Positions 38,243-46,093 of a DNA stretch of 64,000 nt are shown here, in pieces; the first letter of the stretch is position 1, and every line of letters begins with the position of its first letter. Source of the DNA: a virus; IMG/VR virus record IMGVR_UViG_3300045988_141580, one strand, 5' to 3'. The notes beneath the pieces are model-generated. The model had not been told where the DNA came from. It searched no databases and saw only the letters and a list, made by a program, of their open reading frames with translations. Made by a program: the position numbers and the translations under genes.

Positions 38243-39562
38243 TTAAAATTTTAATAATATACGAAGAACATCAATCTTACAAAAATTCTTAGCACCTACA
38301 GAAGTACTAAAAAGACCGCTTGATGTACGGCTGGCAATTGTTTTTCCACTACCATTTTTAACAAAATAATGGTTGATTTTATTTCCTCTAAGACTTGGAT
38401 TTCGAAACGTTGTGTCTATGGTATAATAAGCACCAAAGGTAAAATTCTGTCCGTCAATATCTATTTTATTAGTATTAGGATGCGATGAACTTCCTGATGA
38501 TGCTGAAGGGAATTTAGCTCGCATCACATTACGAACAATTTTTTCATTTTCTTCAAGCAATTCTTTAATACTTTGAACTTTTTCATCACCCAAATGTCCG
38601 TAACCAACAAAATGTTTAATTTTCTGTAACGTGTCTGCTATCAATGCTGAAGGCTTTTTATTTACTTCAATTTCATCCTTAGATACAACATTCTTTTCAT
38701 CTAAAGATTTCACCTTATTCAACAAATCCTTATATTTCATAATAACATAGAGGGCTGACGCACGTTCAGATTTCTTCAAGCTGTCAAAGTTGTCATTAAA
38801 CTTCTTAACGGCTGCATCATGCATCTGTTTTACAGTGCTTTTCGGCATAACTTCGGCAGCCTTCATCAAATAATCAACTTGCTTACGCCTTGAATCAGTA
38901 AGATACTTCTTCAGGTTCACTTCCTTGGAACGTGGAACATCCGCAAATGTAACACGTGAAGTCGGCTTATCCTGCTTCTCAACACTCTCCTTAACAGGCT
39001 GTTTTTCAACCTTTGAAGGAACTTCCTCCACACCTGCCTCTAAAACAGCCTTTTTCTCAAACTTCTGAGCATTAAACCACTTGTTCACAGCCATAAACAT
39101 TTTAGTGGCAGCCGAAGTGCTCACACCCTCATTATGAACCTTTTGCTGAACATTCTGTATCTTAGCCAGAAACTCCTTATAACAGTCATCAGCAAACGCA
39201 ACAGCCTCATCATGAGTAGCACCGTTATTGACGGCTTCCACATACTTCTTTGCTGGAATATCCTTAGATGGAGAACCACTGCCTGATTCCTTCAACATAA
39301 GATCCACGGACTTACTCTTACCACTCCTCCTAAGAGCCTTATGAACTTCAGCCACGGCTCTGTAATAGTCATCACCAACCCTTCCGGACAGAAACGTCTT
39401 TATGCCAGCCTTAGAAGTAACAATTTCAACGTCTTTGACATTGTCACCACCTTTCTTTTCCTCTGGCTTCTTTGCTTCGCCATAGTGTTGACCAACACGA
39501 TTAAGACGCCTATTTTCCGATGTGTTCTGATAAACACCGCTTCTTGATTTTTCTATTAACAC
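38243..39562 (-). CDS. NRRLNRVG-motif protein, paralogue B
   Basis: 439 aa with a GVYQNTSENRRLNRVGQHYG motif. I read the start codon as GTG (rc of cac at 39560..39562). Shares an ~80-aa module with the next gene. Confidence 0.7.
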   Translation of the reverse strand: MLIEKSRSGVYQNTSENRRLNRVGQHYGEAKKPEEKKGGDNVKDVEIVTSKAGIKTFLSGRVGDDYYRAVAEVHKALRRSGKSKSVDLMLKESGSGSPSKDIPAKKYVEAVNNGATHDEAVAFADDCYKEFLAKIQNVQQKVHNEGVSTSAATKMFMAVNKWFNAQKFEKKAVLEAGVEEVPSKVEKQPVKESVEKQDKPTSRVTFADVPRSKEVNLKKYLTDSRRKQVDYLMKAAEVMPKSTVKQMHDAAVKKFNDNFDSLKKSERASALYVIMKYKDLLNKVKSLDEKNVVSKDEIEVNKKPSALIADTLQKIKHFVGYGHLGDEKVQSIKELLEENEKIVRNVMRAKFPSASSGSSSHPNTNKIDIDGQNFTFGAYYTIDTTFRNPSLRGNKINHYFVKNGSGKTIASRTSSGLFSTSVGAKNFCKIDVLRILLKF

Positions 39563-39582
39563 ATCATTTCATTTTTATGAAT

Positions 39583-39615
39583 GCAAATATAACAATCCCT
39601 CAGAAAATTCCAAGG
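39583..39615 (-). promoter_or_regulatory. Phage promoter cassette copy
   Basis: CCTTGGAATTTTCTGAG-N7-TATATTTGC on the minus strand. Confidence 0.55.
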
Positions 39616-39658
39616 AGTTGTTTATGAAATTTCATACTACAATTTAATTGTCTATGAC

Positions 39659-41440
39659 TCATTCTTTTGTAAACTTCGCTTTATCAAAAGTATCATAAGC
39701 CTTTCTCAACAAATAATCCGTCATATCTTGAGGGTGTCCATTCCTGGCTGCTTCTTGAGCCACCTCAACATCGTGATTAAAAGCTTCAAACTTCTTCTGA
39801 GCAAATTCCTTGGCCTCATCATGAGTAGCACCGTTATTGACGGCTTCCACATATTTTCTGGCTGGCATATCCTTAGACGGATTACCACTACCTACTTCCT
39901 TTAATATAGTTGTAACTTTCTTATTTTTGCCAACCTGTCTAAAAGCATCATAAACCTCAGCCACGGCTCTGTAATAGTCACCACCGACTTTCCCAGACAA
40001 AAACTGCTTTGCACCAGCCTTTGATACGAGAAGTTTAACTTTTTTCCGAGCATTTTCATCTGCTACAAACTTTGCATCACTAAAAGCAACCAGTGCATCC
40101 TTATCCCCTTTACCTGCACGACCTATAGTGTCAGCATAAACTTTATTAGCAAAATCTTCAGCTTCCTTGGCAGTTGCACCATCTCTCAGGGCTTCCAATC
40201 TTTTGAATTCCTTATATTTTGCTTCGAGTCTTTTAGCCTTGAGTTCATCACTATCATCAGGTCTATCCTTTATAAAGGCACGAACTAGCCCCTTAATGTC
40301 CGCTTCAGAAGATTCCTGTTTCTGCTTCTCCTCGACTTCTGCCTTTGCCTTTGTTTCAGCTGCCTCCCTCTTGGCTGCATGACGAGCTCTACGCCTTTCC
40401 TGTCGCTTGGCTCTCTTTTCAGCCTTTCTACGCTCCTCCTCCTCGGCATCCTGCTTGTCAGCGCGATCCTTGAGCTGCTTCACGGTCTCCTTCTGCTCAA
40501 AGTCCTCACCCTCCTTCTTCAGGGCTTCAATCTTCTTGTCATAGGCATCCTGACCGTATTTTTCAACAATCTTGTCCTTATTTTCCTCAAGAATAGAAAT
40601 GTCACGTTTCACGGAGTCACCGTTGCGGGACTGCTTTTCACCTGATTCACCGTCTGGAGCACCCTGTTTCTTTTCACCCTTGTCCTTCTCCTGAGCCGCC
40701 TTGCCGTACTCCTGGCCAACACGATGCAGACGCCTGTTCTTGGCATTGTCAGCATAGCGACCGTGAGCGGCCTTTACAATATCGACGAATGCCGCCCTTG
40801 CATCAGCCAAGTCCTCACGCACGTCAGACAAGTCCTCAGACTTCACAACGTCACAGCACTCATTAAGTGTGTCGCCCCACGATGTCAGATACATACCAAC
40901 CTCTGTCTTCACGGACTTACAGAGCTCTTCATCAATCTCACCAAGCGCAAGTCTTCTCTCCGCATCAGCGGCCACAACGGCACAGGACTTTCTGATGGAA
41001 GAAGCCTGTTCAGCTATCCCAACGTCAACAGTGTTCTCCTCAATGTCATCCTTACCGCCATAGATGGACTTGATGACGTCAGGGCTTGGAACATAGGCAC
41101 GACCCACACGATTCAACTTTCTGTTCTCAAAAGTGTCAGTGTACGTTCCGGCGATTCCCTTCATCATAACACCATCGTTGTCAACTTTCCAGTCAACAAG
41201 CGGCTTGCGATAGTAGAGGGTGCACTGACTACCGTCCTCGTTCGCACAGATTGCTTTCTGCAGACCTGCCATCTCCACTGCAAACTCCTCTCTGTCAGCC
41301 TGTGAAATCTCACCTGCCTGTGACTTCATCATGGTATCCTTGGCGTAGGCGGCAACCTGTGCTTCATCAAACACTTCATAACCATTGAGTAGGGCAACCT
41401 CCCTAAACTTCTCAATCGGAACTAATTTTTTAGTTGTCAT
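39659..41440 (-). CDS. Double NR(K/R)LxRVG-motif protein, paralogue C, with Lys/Glu/Arg-rich centre
   Basis: 593 aa. Motifs GTYTDTFENRKLNRVGRAYV and GRYADNAKNRRLHRVGQEYG. The C-terminal module is paralogous to 38243..39562. Confidence 0.7.
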   Translation of the reverse strand: MTTKKLVPIEKFREVALLNGYEVFDEAQVAAYAKDTMMKSQAGEISQADREEFAVEMAGLQKAICANEDGSQCTLYYRKPLVDWKVDNDGVMMKGIAGTYTDTFENRKLNRVGRAYVPSPDVIKSIYGGKDDIEENTVDVGIAEQASSIRKSCAVVAADAERRLALGEIDEELCKSVKTEVGMYLTSWGDTLNECCDVVKSEDLSDVREDLADARAAFVDIVKAAHGRYADNAKNRRLHRVGQEYGKAAQEKDKGEKKQGAPDGESGEKQSRNGDSVKRDISILEENKDKIVEKYGQDAYDKKIEALKKEGEDFEQKETVKQLKDRADKQDAEEEERRKAEKRAKRQERRRARHAAKREAAETKAKAEVEEKQKQESSEADIKGLVRAFIKDRPDDSDELKAKRLEAKYKEFKRLEALRDGATAKEAEDFANKVYADTIGRAGKGDKDALVAFSDAKFVADENARKKVKLLVSKAGAKQFLSGKVGGDYYRAVAEVYDAFRQVGKNKKVTTILKEVGSGNPSKDMPARKYVEAVNNGATHDEAKEFAQKKFEAFNHDVEVAQEAARNGHPQDMTDYLLRKAYDTFDKAKFTKE

Positions 41441-41524
41441 ATCGTAAAAATTAAAAAGTTTTCATGATACAAATATAGGCAAGTAAAAATTTACCAAAGA
41501 GTCATCGCTCTACCTTTTTATACT

Positions 41525-41557
41525 GCAAATATAATGGACTTTCTATAATTTCCAATG
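41525..41557 (-). promoter_or_regulatory. Phage promoter cassette copy
   Basis: CATTGGAAATTATAGAA-N7-TATATTTGC on the minus strand, 85 nt before ATG 41440. Confidence 0.5.
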
Positions 41558-41853
41558 AACTTTTCACGACTTTTCATAAAAATGTCCACCGTAGAGAACC
41601 TTACTTCCCAGACGGTGGGCTAACTACAAAACGAAAAAGAAGAAACTCTACAAACCTTGAAATCACTGATAAATCTCAATTTTTCGTAAATATGATATGC
41701 AAGCTAAAATTCTACGCAATTTAGGAATGAACCAATCACAAACCTGACCACACTAAAGAAACACTAAACATCGCTTAAATCGTCTAAAAACCGACAAATT
41801 CACCCAATTACAACTTAAAACATAAAATCGTTATAGGCACAAGGCTGAAATTA

Positions 41854-41965
41854 GAGACATAGATGGACTCGAACCACCGTCTACACACTCATTGCGTCTG
41901 CTTTCGTATCTACTTCACGAAACAGCTACATAGAGGGTTGCACTTGCCAGCTATGCTATATGTCT
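41854..41965 (-). tRNA. tRNA-like gene with canonical acceptor, D and T arms but ~38 extra nt in the anticodon/variable region
   Basis: AGACATA/TATGTCT acceptor stem, U8, D-arm GCAT-AGCTGGCAA-GTGC (A14, G18G19, A21), T-arm GGTGG-TTCGAGT-CCATC. 60 nt lie where about 22 are expected; no anticodon could be assigned. Confidence 0.4.
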
Positions 41966-42051
41966 TGTGTCAAGGGAAGAATGTTATATTCTTTGCGGCC
42001 TTAACACACCTACTTAACGCATTTCATCATAGGAATCTCCTATAAGAAAAT

Positions 42052-42071
42052 AGGGTCGCTCCGTCGACCCT
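42052..42071 (-). terminator. Hairpin plus T-run, sequence-related to the 53142 terminator
   Basis: agggtcg/cgaccct stem; on the minus strand it is followed by ATTTTCTTAT. Confidence 0.45.
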
Positions 42072-42333
42072 CTACTGGGCGATAGAAAGGGAGAAGACAA
42101 GACCTCCGACCATAGGGAGGAGTCTCCCTTTCGAAGCCCTCTATTTCAGATGTAGCGTTTCAGTTCCCTTTTCTATATTTCCCTTCAAACTATAACCAAA
42201 AGAATGGTTATGATATGTATTACGACTTTAGGAGTAATACTATCAAATATAACCATTCAAAGCTATAACCCTATACTATAACCCCATCCGCGAAACCCCG
42301 ATAATGTCCTGTGGCACAGTGAATTATGTGAAT

Positions 42334-42417
42334 AATAAAAACCCATCCTTGGACGAATAAAAACCCATCCTTGGACGAATAAAAACCCATCCTTGGACGA
42401 ATAAAAACCCATCCTTG
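42334..42417. repeat. Iteron array: 3.8 tandem copies of the 22-bp unit aataaaaacccatccttggacg
   Basis: Three exact copies at 42334, 42356 and 42378 plus an 18-nt partial at 42400, immediately upstream of the Rep-like gene promoter. Confidence 0.9.
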
Positions 42418-42438
42418 AAAAAATGCCATCAAAATAAA

Positions 42439-42471
42439 TTTGGTATTTTATTAGTCTTAAACTATATTTGC
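42439..42471 (+). promoter_or_regulatory. Bacteroidota-type promoter (-33 TTTG, -7 TATATTTGC) for the Rep-like gene
   Basis: TTTG at 42439..42442 and TATATTTGC at 42463..42471, a 20-nt spacer. Confidence 0.55.
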
Positions 42472-42489
42472 CGTAAAATAAATGAAGTT

Positions 42490-43293
42490 ATGATAGAAAC
42501 AGTAAGATTCCCTATGGAAGTGGATTTTTCAGAATGGAACGTTGCTCAACGAAAATGCTTGTATCTTGTTGCCCAACAGTTACAGCCGTTTTGGGGTAAA
42601 ATAGACTTTGCCAAACTTGATGAAGACTGGGAAACCTATATCAAGTTCTTGAAAAAGGAGCTTAATTTGGATTCCTATTGTTATTTTCACTGTAAAGTGA
42701 ATATTCGTCTATTAAGTGTGCGTAATAAAATTCGTTCTTCTTTTAAGAATGCTCTTATGTCTTTAACTAAAGACTTCTATCTCATAGAAAAGGGGAGTTC
42801 TAAAACTCGTGGCCGCATATTCTTTCCATTTATTAAAATTATATGGGATGAAGTAGATGGAACTAAAAATGAAATAGTTATGGGTCTGGAATCTGTTAGA
42901 TTCTTTTTGGAAGTGCTAAATAATAATTATCGTAATGTTCATATTCCATCTGTTTGCAAGTTGAACTCTACAACATCTATGGATGTTTATGAATTTATTA
43001 GCAAGTACCATTCTTTAGCCCAAGAACAGGGTTCAATAACAATTTCTCTTGAGAAATTTAGAACATTACTTCATATTACTGAAGATACTCCTTGGGCAAG
43101 AATTCAGGAACGCTGGCTAATTCCATCCAGAATGAATTTTATAGATGAACAAACTCTATTGAATTTTAATTTCCAACCTGTTTATAAAGAAGTACCTGAT
43201 CGTCCTATAATTCGAGGTAGAAAGCCTGTTACACACATTCAATTTGAGATTTTCAAACAGGTGCAGGATAAAATTCCAAGTCAGAAACGATAA
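42490..43293 (+). CDS. Putative iteron-binding replication initiator (Rep_3-like)
   Basis: Adjacent to the iterons. The N-terminal WNVAQRKCLYLVAQQL resembles the Rep_3 N-terminal motif. Start moved to ATG 42490 because the promoter lies inside the longer track ORF. Confidence 0.5.
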   Translation: MIETVRFPMEVDFSEWNVAQRKCLYLVAQQLQPFWGKIDFAKLDEDWETYIKFLKKELNLDSYCYFHCKVNIRLLSVRNKIRSSFKNALMSLTKDFYLIEKGSSKTRGRIFFPFIKIIWDEVDGTKNEIVMGLESVRFFLEVLNNNYRNVHIPSVCKLNSTTSMDVYEFISKYHSLAQEQGSITISLEKFRTLLHITEDTPWARIQERWLIPSRMNFIDEQTLLNFNFQPVYKEVPDRPIIRGRKPVTHIQFEIFKQVQDKIPSQKR

Positions 43294-43325
43294 AACCCCA
43301 TTTAATATAAAGTAGTGGTTTATTC

Positions 43326-43366
43326 CAATGAACTATAACTTTCTGCACAATGAACTATAACTTTCT
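43326..43366. repeat. Two 19-nt direct repeats (caatgaactataactttct) with 22-bp periodicity
   Basis: Copies at 43326..43344 and 43348..43366. They contain the CTATAAC word that is also repeated at 42190..42283. Confidence 0.85.
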
Positions 43367-43400
43367 TCAGAAGAAATTTTGAAGAATTCCTGATAAACTC

Positions 43401-43432
43401 CTTGGATATCCAAGAAAGATGACTACCTTTGC
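43401..43432 (+). promoter_or_regulatory. Phage promoter cassette copy (plus strand)
   Basis: CTTGGATATCCAAGAA-N7-TACCTTTGC, 53 nt before ATG 43485. Confidence 0.6.
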
Positions 43433-43484
43433 ACCTGCAATCAGGTTGGTTGCCTTTGTTTGTTACATAAAATAATTTCGTATT

Positions 43485-44054
43485 ATGAAAAGATTCATTA
43501 CAATCATCGCTGCTATTGCAGCATTCTGTTTATCAATCTCGGCTTATGCCGCTGACTTCTTCTCCATCGCAGAAATGCACGTTGGCGGTAATCTTACAGT
43601 TCTGCTCTCAGAACTTCGCAAGGGAAATGTATCCTATGAAGTGGTAGGCTACAATCATGTCTATATCAACTTCGGTAGGTGTAGTGATGTCGGCCTAAAG
43701 TCCATAGGAGAGGTCATGCTTGCGGCCAACAGTAGAAACATTATCTGGAGTGACACCCGAATGCTAAAGACAATACCCCTGTTTAAGGAAGACGGTGTAA
43801 GTTCCAACAGGCAACAGGCTATAGAGGAATACTGTAAGATACTGGAAAAGAATTGTGAAATATATAACTACCACAGTGACGGCAACCCTCGAGAGGAGAT
43901 TATGTATCTTACGGAGCGTCAGCACACATTTAGATATAACTATCAGTTCTGGGACAAGCCCTATGCCTCAAGAACCTACACTGTCTTCATCGGTCGTGAC
44001 TACAAGGAATTTGGTATCGGTGAAATAAATCAGGACACTGCATTGAAGGACTAA
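43485..44054 (+). CDS. Secreted hypothetical protein
   Basis: Signal peptide MKRFITIIAAIAAFCLSISAYA/AD. Confidence 0.7.
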   Translation: MKRFITIIAAIAAFCLSISAYAADFFSIAEMHVGGNLTVLLSELRKGNVSYEVVGYNHVYINFGRCSDVGLKSIGEVMLAANSRNIIWSDTRMLKTIPLFKEDGVSSNRQQAIEEYCKILEKNCEIYNYHSDGNPREEIMYLTERQHTFRYNYQFWDKPYASRTYTVFIGRDYKEFGIGEINQDTALKD

Positions 44055-44572
44055 TGATGTCAATGATGGAACAGAATATGCAGTCTCTCAAGGCGGAGAA
44101 TGACCGCCTTGAGAGAAAACTCTACTTCAAGGAGTGTGAGGTTAAGGATCTACAGAAAGAGCTTGAAAATGCCAGTACCCTGATAGATGAACTTACGGCC
44201 AAGAATGCCGAATTACAACGACTTTTACAAAGCCAACAGTCCAATACCCTACAATCACCTGCAAGACGTCTTACAGAGAGCGAATTTCGGTCAATAATGT
44301 CCGTTCAGCCCAATATTAACAGGCAGCACGGTCTGGAATCAGAATGGAGTGATGTCATGGTGGCGTTTTCAGATCCGATATTCTGGGAGCAGAACTATCC
44401 GGACGTGGTGCTGTTTCGTGATGATGAACATAGGTGTTATCGTACTCTGGATGGTAACACTGAAATAAAGTATCCCATTTCTCAGGGGTTGCTGGAAATG
44501 CTTGGATGGGAGCATATTCGTCCGATAACGAAGGAAGAATCTGTTAAGATAACTAATGAATACGATTTATGA
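44054..44572 (+). CDS. Hypothetical protein with N-terminal coiled coil
   Basis: 172 aa; its ATG overlaps the upstream stop. Confidence 0.7.
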   Translation: MMSMMEQNMQSLKAENDRLERKLYFKECEVKDLQKELENASTLIDELTAKNAELQRLLQSQQSNTLQSPARRLTESEFRSIMSVQPNINRQHGLESEWSDVMVAFSDPIFWEQNYPDVVLFRDDEHRCYRTLDGNTEIKYPISQGLLEMLGWEHIRPITKEESVKITNEYDL

Positions 44573-44826
44573 AATACGAGATAGAGGTACAATTTGAAGT
44601 TGGTGATGTGGTGTGGCATAAAAATCTTGTCACCAATGAGGCGATTCAGACAAAAATCAAGTCATATCAGGCCATAATCAATAGTGATGGCAGTTCCTGT
44701 GTCATATATCACACAGAGGACCAGAATCATATTGTAAATATCATAGGAAAACCAAGTAATACTAATGTGTTTGCAACAAAGGAGGAATGTGATTCATACC
44801 CTCCTTATGTGCCAGATAATAATTAA
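44569..44826 (+). CDS. Hypothetical protein
   Basis: 85 aa with a 4-nt overlap to the upstream gene. Confidence 0.65.
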   Translation: MKYEIEVQFEVGDVVWHKNLVTNEAIQTKIKSYQAIINSDGSSCVIYHTEDQNHIVNIIGKPSNTNVFATKEECDSYPPYVPDNN

Positions 44827-44964
44827 TGATTATGATGGTTAAGGTAGGGTAGAGCTTCCTTCTGATGCTGATTTTAGGCTTTTAGGAAGATCTATCACCT
44901 ATGCTGACGGTGCAATAGAACTAAAGTGATATGACTGATGGCTTTATTATAAGATAGCGAAATC

Positions 44965-45420
44965 ATGGGTGATGCTAAAACAGAAGAGCGGCTGTTGAAT
45001 CTGCTTCGTATGGACTTTGATGATATGCAGAGGGAGGACACAAACTACTTCCGCAATAGGGTGCGTGAAGAATTTCACGTGTCCGCTGACTACATCACGC
45101 TGAACAGAGATGTGTGTAGAACTGCTTTCTGTCTGCTGAAGCGCAAGTATATCAGATCTCTGGAAACGATTCTGATTCAGCCCAGAATGATCCTCAAGGA
45201 TGGCGGCACATTCGGTGTACGGACACAGAATAGAAGACCGCCTGTTGTACCTGTGTGGGATAACCTGCATAGGGAGAAAGTCGGTTCGTTTACTGTCGTG
45301 ACCAATTTTTATCCAGTCATTGACGTGCGATTCATACGCAATCGCACGATTGTCACCCTGCTCGTGGAACAGGGGTTCATTGACGTGGATGATGTTCATC
45401 TTGACTTCACGATAGTGTAG
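44965..45420 (+). CDS. Hypothetical protein (strand ambiguous)
   Basis: The 151-aa plus ORF has a more protein-like composition than the antisense 166-aa ORF. It is followed by the convergent hairpin at 45455. Confidence 0.4.
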   Translation: MGDAKTEERLLNLLRMDFDDMQREDTNYFRNRVREEFHVSADYITLNRDVCRTAFCLLKRKYIRSLETILIQPRMILKDGGTFGVRTQNRRPPVVPVWDNLHREKVGSFTVVTNFYPVIDVRFIRNRTIVTLLVEQGFIDVDDVHLDFTIV

Positions 45421-45454
45421 GGATTGTTTTCGGGGGCACATATACAAAAGGATT

Positions 45455-45492
45455 GCCGAGGAAGTAGAAGCGTCACGCCCGTACTCCTCGGC
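45455..45492. terminator. Convergent-transcription hairpin
   Basis: gccgagga/tcctcggc stem. A T-run (CCTTTTG) follows on the minus strand. Confidence 0.5.
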
Positions 45493-45666
45493 TGCTCATT
45501 GAAATAAGCAAATACATAACAACCAATCAAACAACAGGAAAAAGAAGTTCGTAAGTCGTAATGTCAATCCCAATTTAACCTAAAAACACTAACAAAACTA
45601 AACTAATTTATCCTTATGAAACGTTTTCACTGGACAAATATACATTTAGCCTATCTTAAAAGCAAC

Positions 45667-45945
45667 CTATCGTTCATTTCTGAATACTGTGATGTAACGG
45701 TCATTGATGGCGTCAAAGTGATCCCTGAAGAACTGCACCAGAACGGCTACGTCATTGACCTTGGGGGAGCCTATCGGCCTGAGAATGCCCTCCGGACACT
45801 TGGGGTCATACATACGAAGGAAGATGCCCTCCGGAGCGATGAAGCCCACCTCTCTGTCCTTGAACCATATTTGAACATAGTCCGTCTTGACATACCCTGA
45901 GCCGTTCTGATACTTGAATGACTTTAGTGTGATGTTGCTGTTCAT
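45667..45945 (-). CDS. Hypothetical protein
   Basis: 92 aa. Preferred over the antisense plus ORF because it carries the conserved promoter plus leader (TAATCATTAAATCACGTTACATC-ATG). Confidence 0.6.
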   Translation of the reverse strand: MNSNITLKSFKYQNGSGYVKTDYVQIWFKDREVGFIAPEGIFLRMYDPKCPEGILRPIGSPKVNDVAVLVQFFRDHFDAINDRYITVFRNER

Positions 45946-45972
45946 GATGTAACGTGATTTAATGATTATGCA

Positions 45973-46006
45973 GCAAATATAGTGGAATGTCTGAAATTAT
46001 CCAAGG
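45973..46006 (-). promoter_or_regulatory. Phage promoter cassette copy
   Basis: CCTTGGATAATTTCAGAC-N7-TATATTTGC. Confidence 0.6.
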
Positions 46007-46023
46007 AATGTATGAAAGAAAAA

Positions 46024-46050
46024 CCCGATGACCTATCACAGGCGATCGGG
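46024..46050 (-). terminator. Rho-independent terminator
   Basis: cccgat/atcggg stem; on the minus strand it is followed by TTTTTCTTTC. Confidence 0.5.
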
Positions 46051-46093
46051 AAGCAACCTAAACTATGGAATATATATATGACACGATGCACTG

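Noticed and set aside
41854-41965. The tRNA-like element as an attP core for integration into a host tRNA gene.
   Set aside because: Both the 5' and 3' halves of the cloverleaf are present, whereas attP usually keeps only the 3' part, and no integrase is visible in 64 kb. This cannot be excluded if an integrase lies outside the window.
42334-42417. Tandem 22-bp repeats as a possible CRISPR array.
   Set aside because: The units are directly abutting with no spacers, there are no cas genes, and the array sits next to a Rep-like gene. This fits iterons.
44947-45447. Minus-strand 166-aa ORF antisense to 44965..45420.
   Set aside because: Its His/Cys/Ser-rich composition is odd, it has no promoter cassette or leader, and a minus-strand terminator-like hairpin with a T-run lies just upstream at 45455..45492. 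The plus ORF is preferred, but only weakly.
45616-45900. Plus-strand 94-aa ORF antisense to 45667..45945.
   Set aside because: The minus ORF is preceded by the full conserved promoter-plus-leader cassette ending exactly at its ATG. The plus ORF has no such signal and sits beyond the convergent hairpin.
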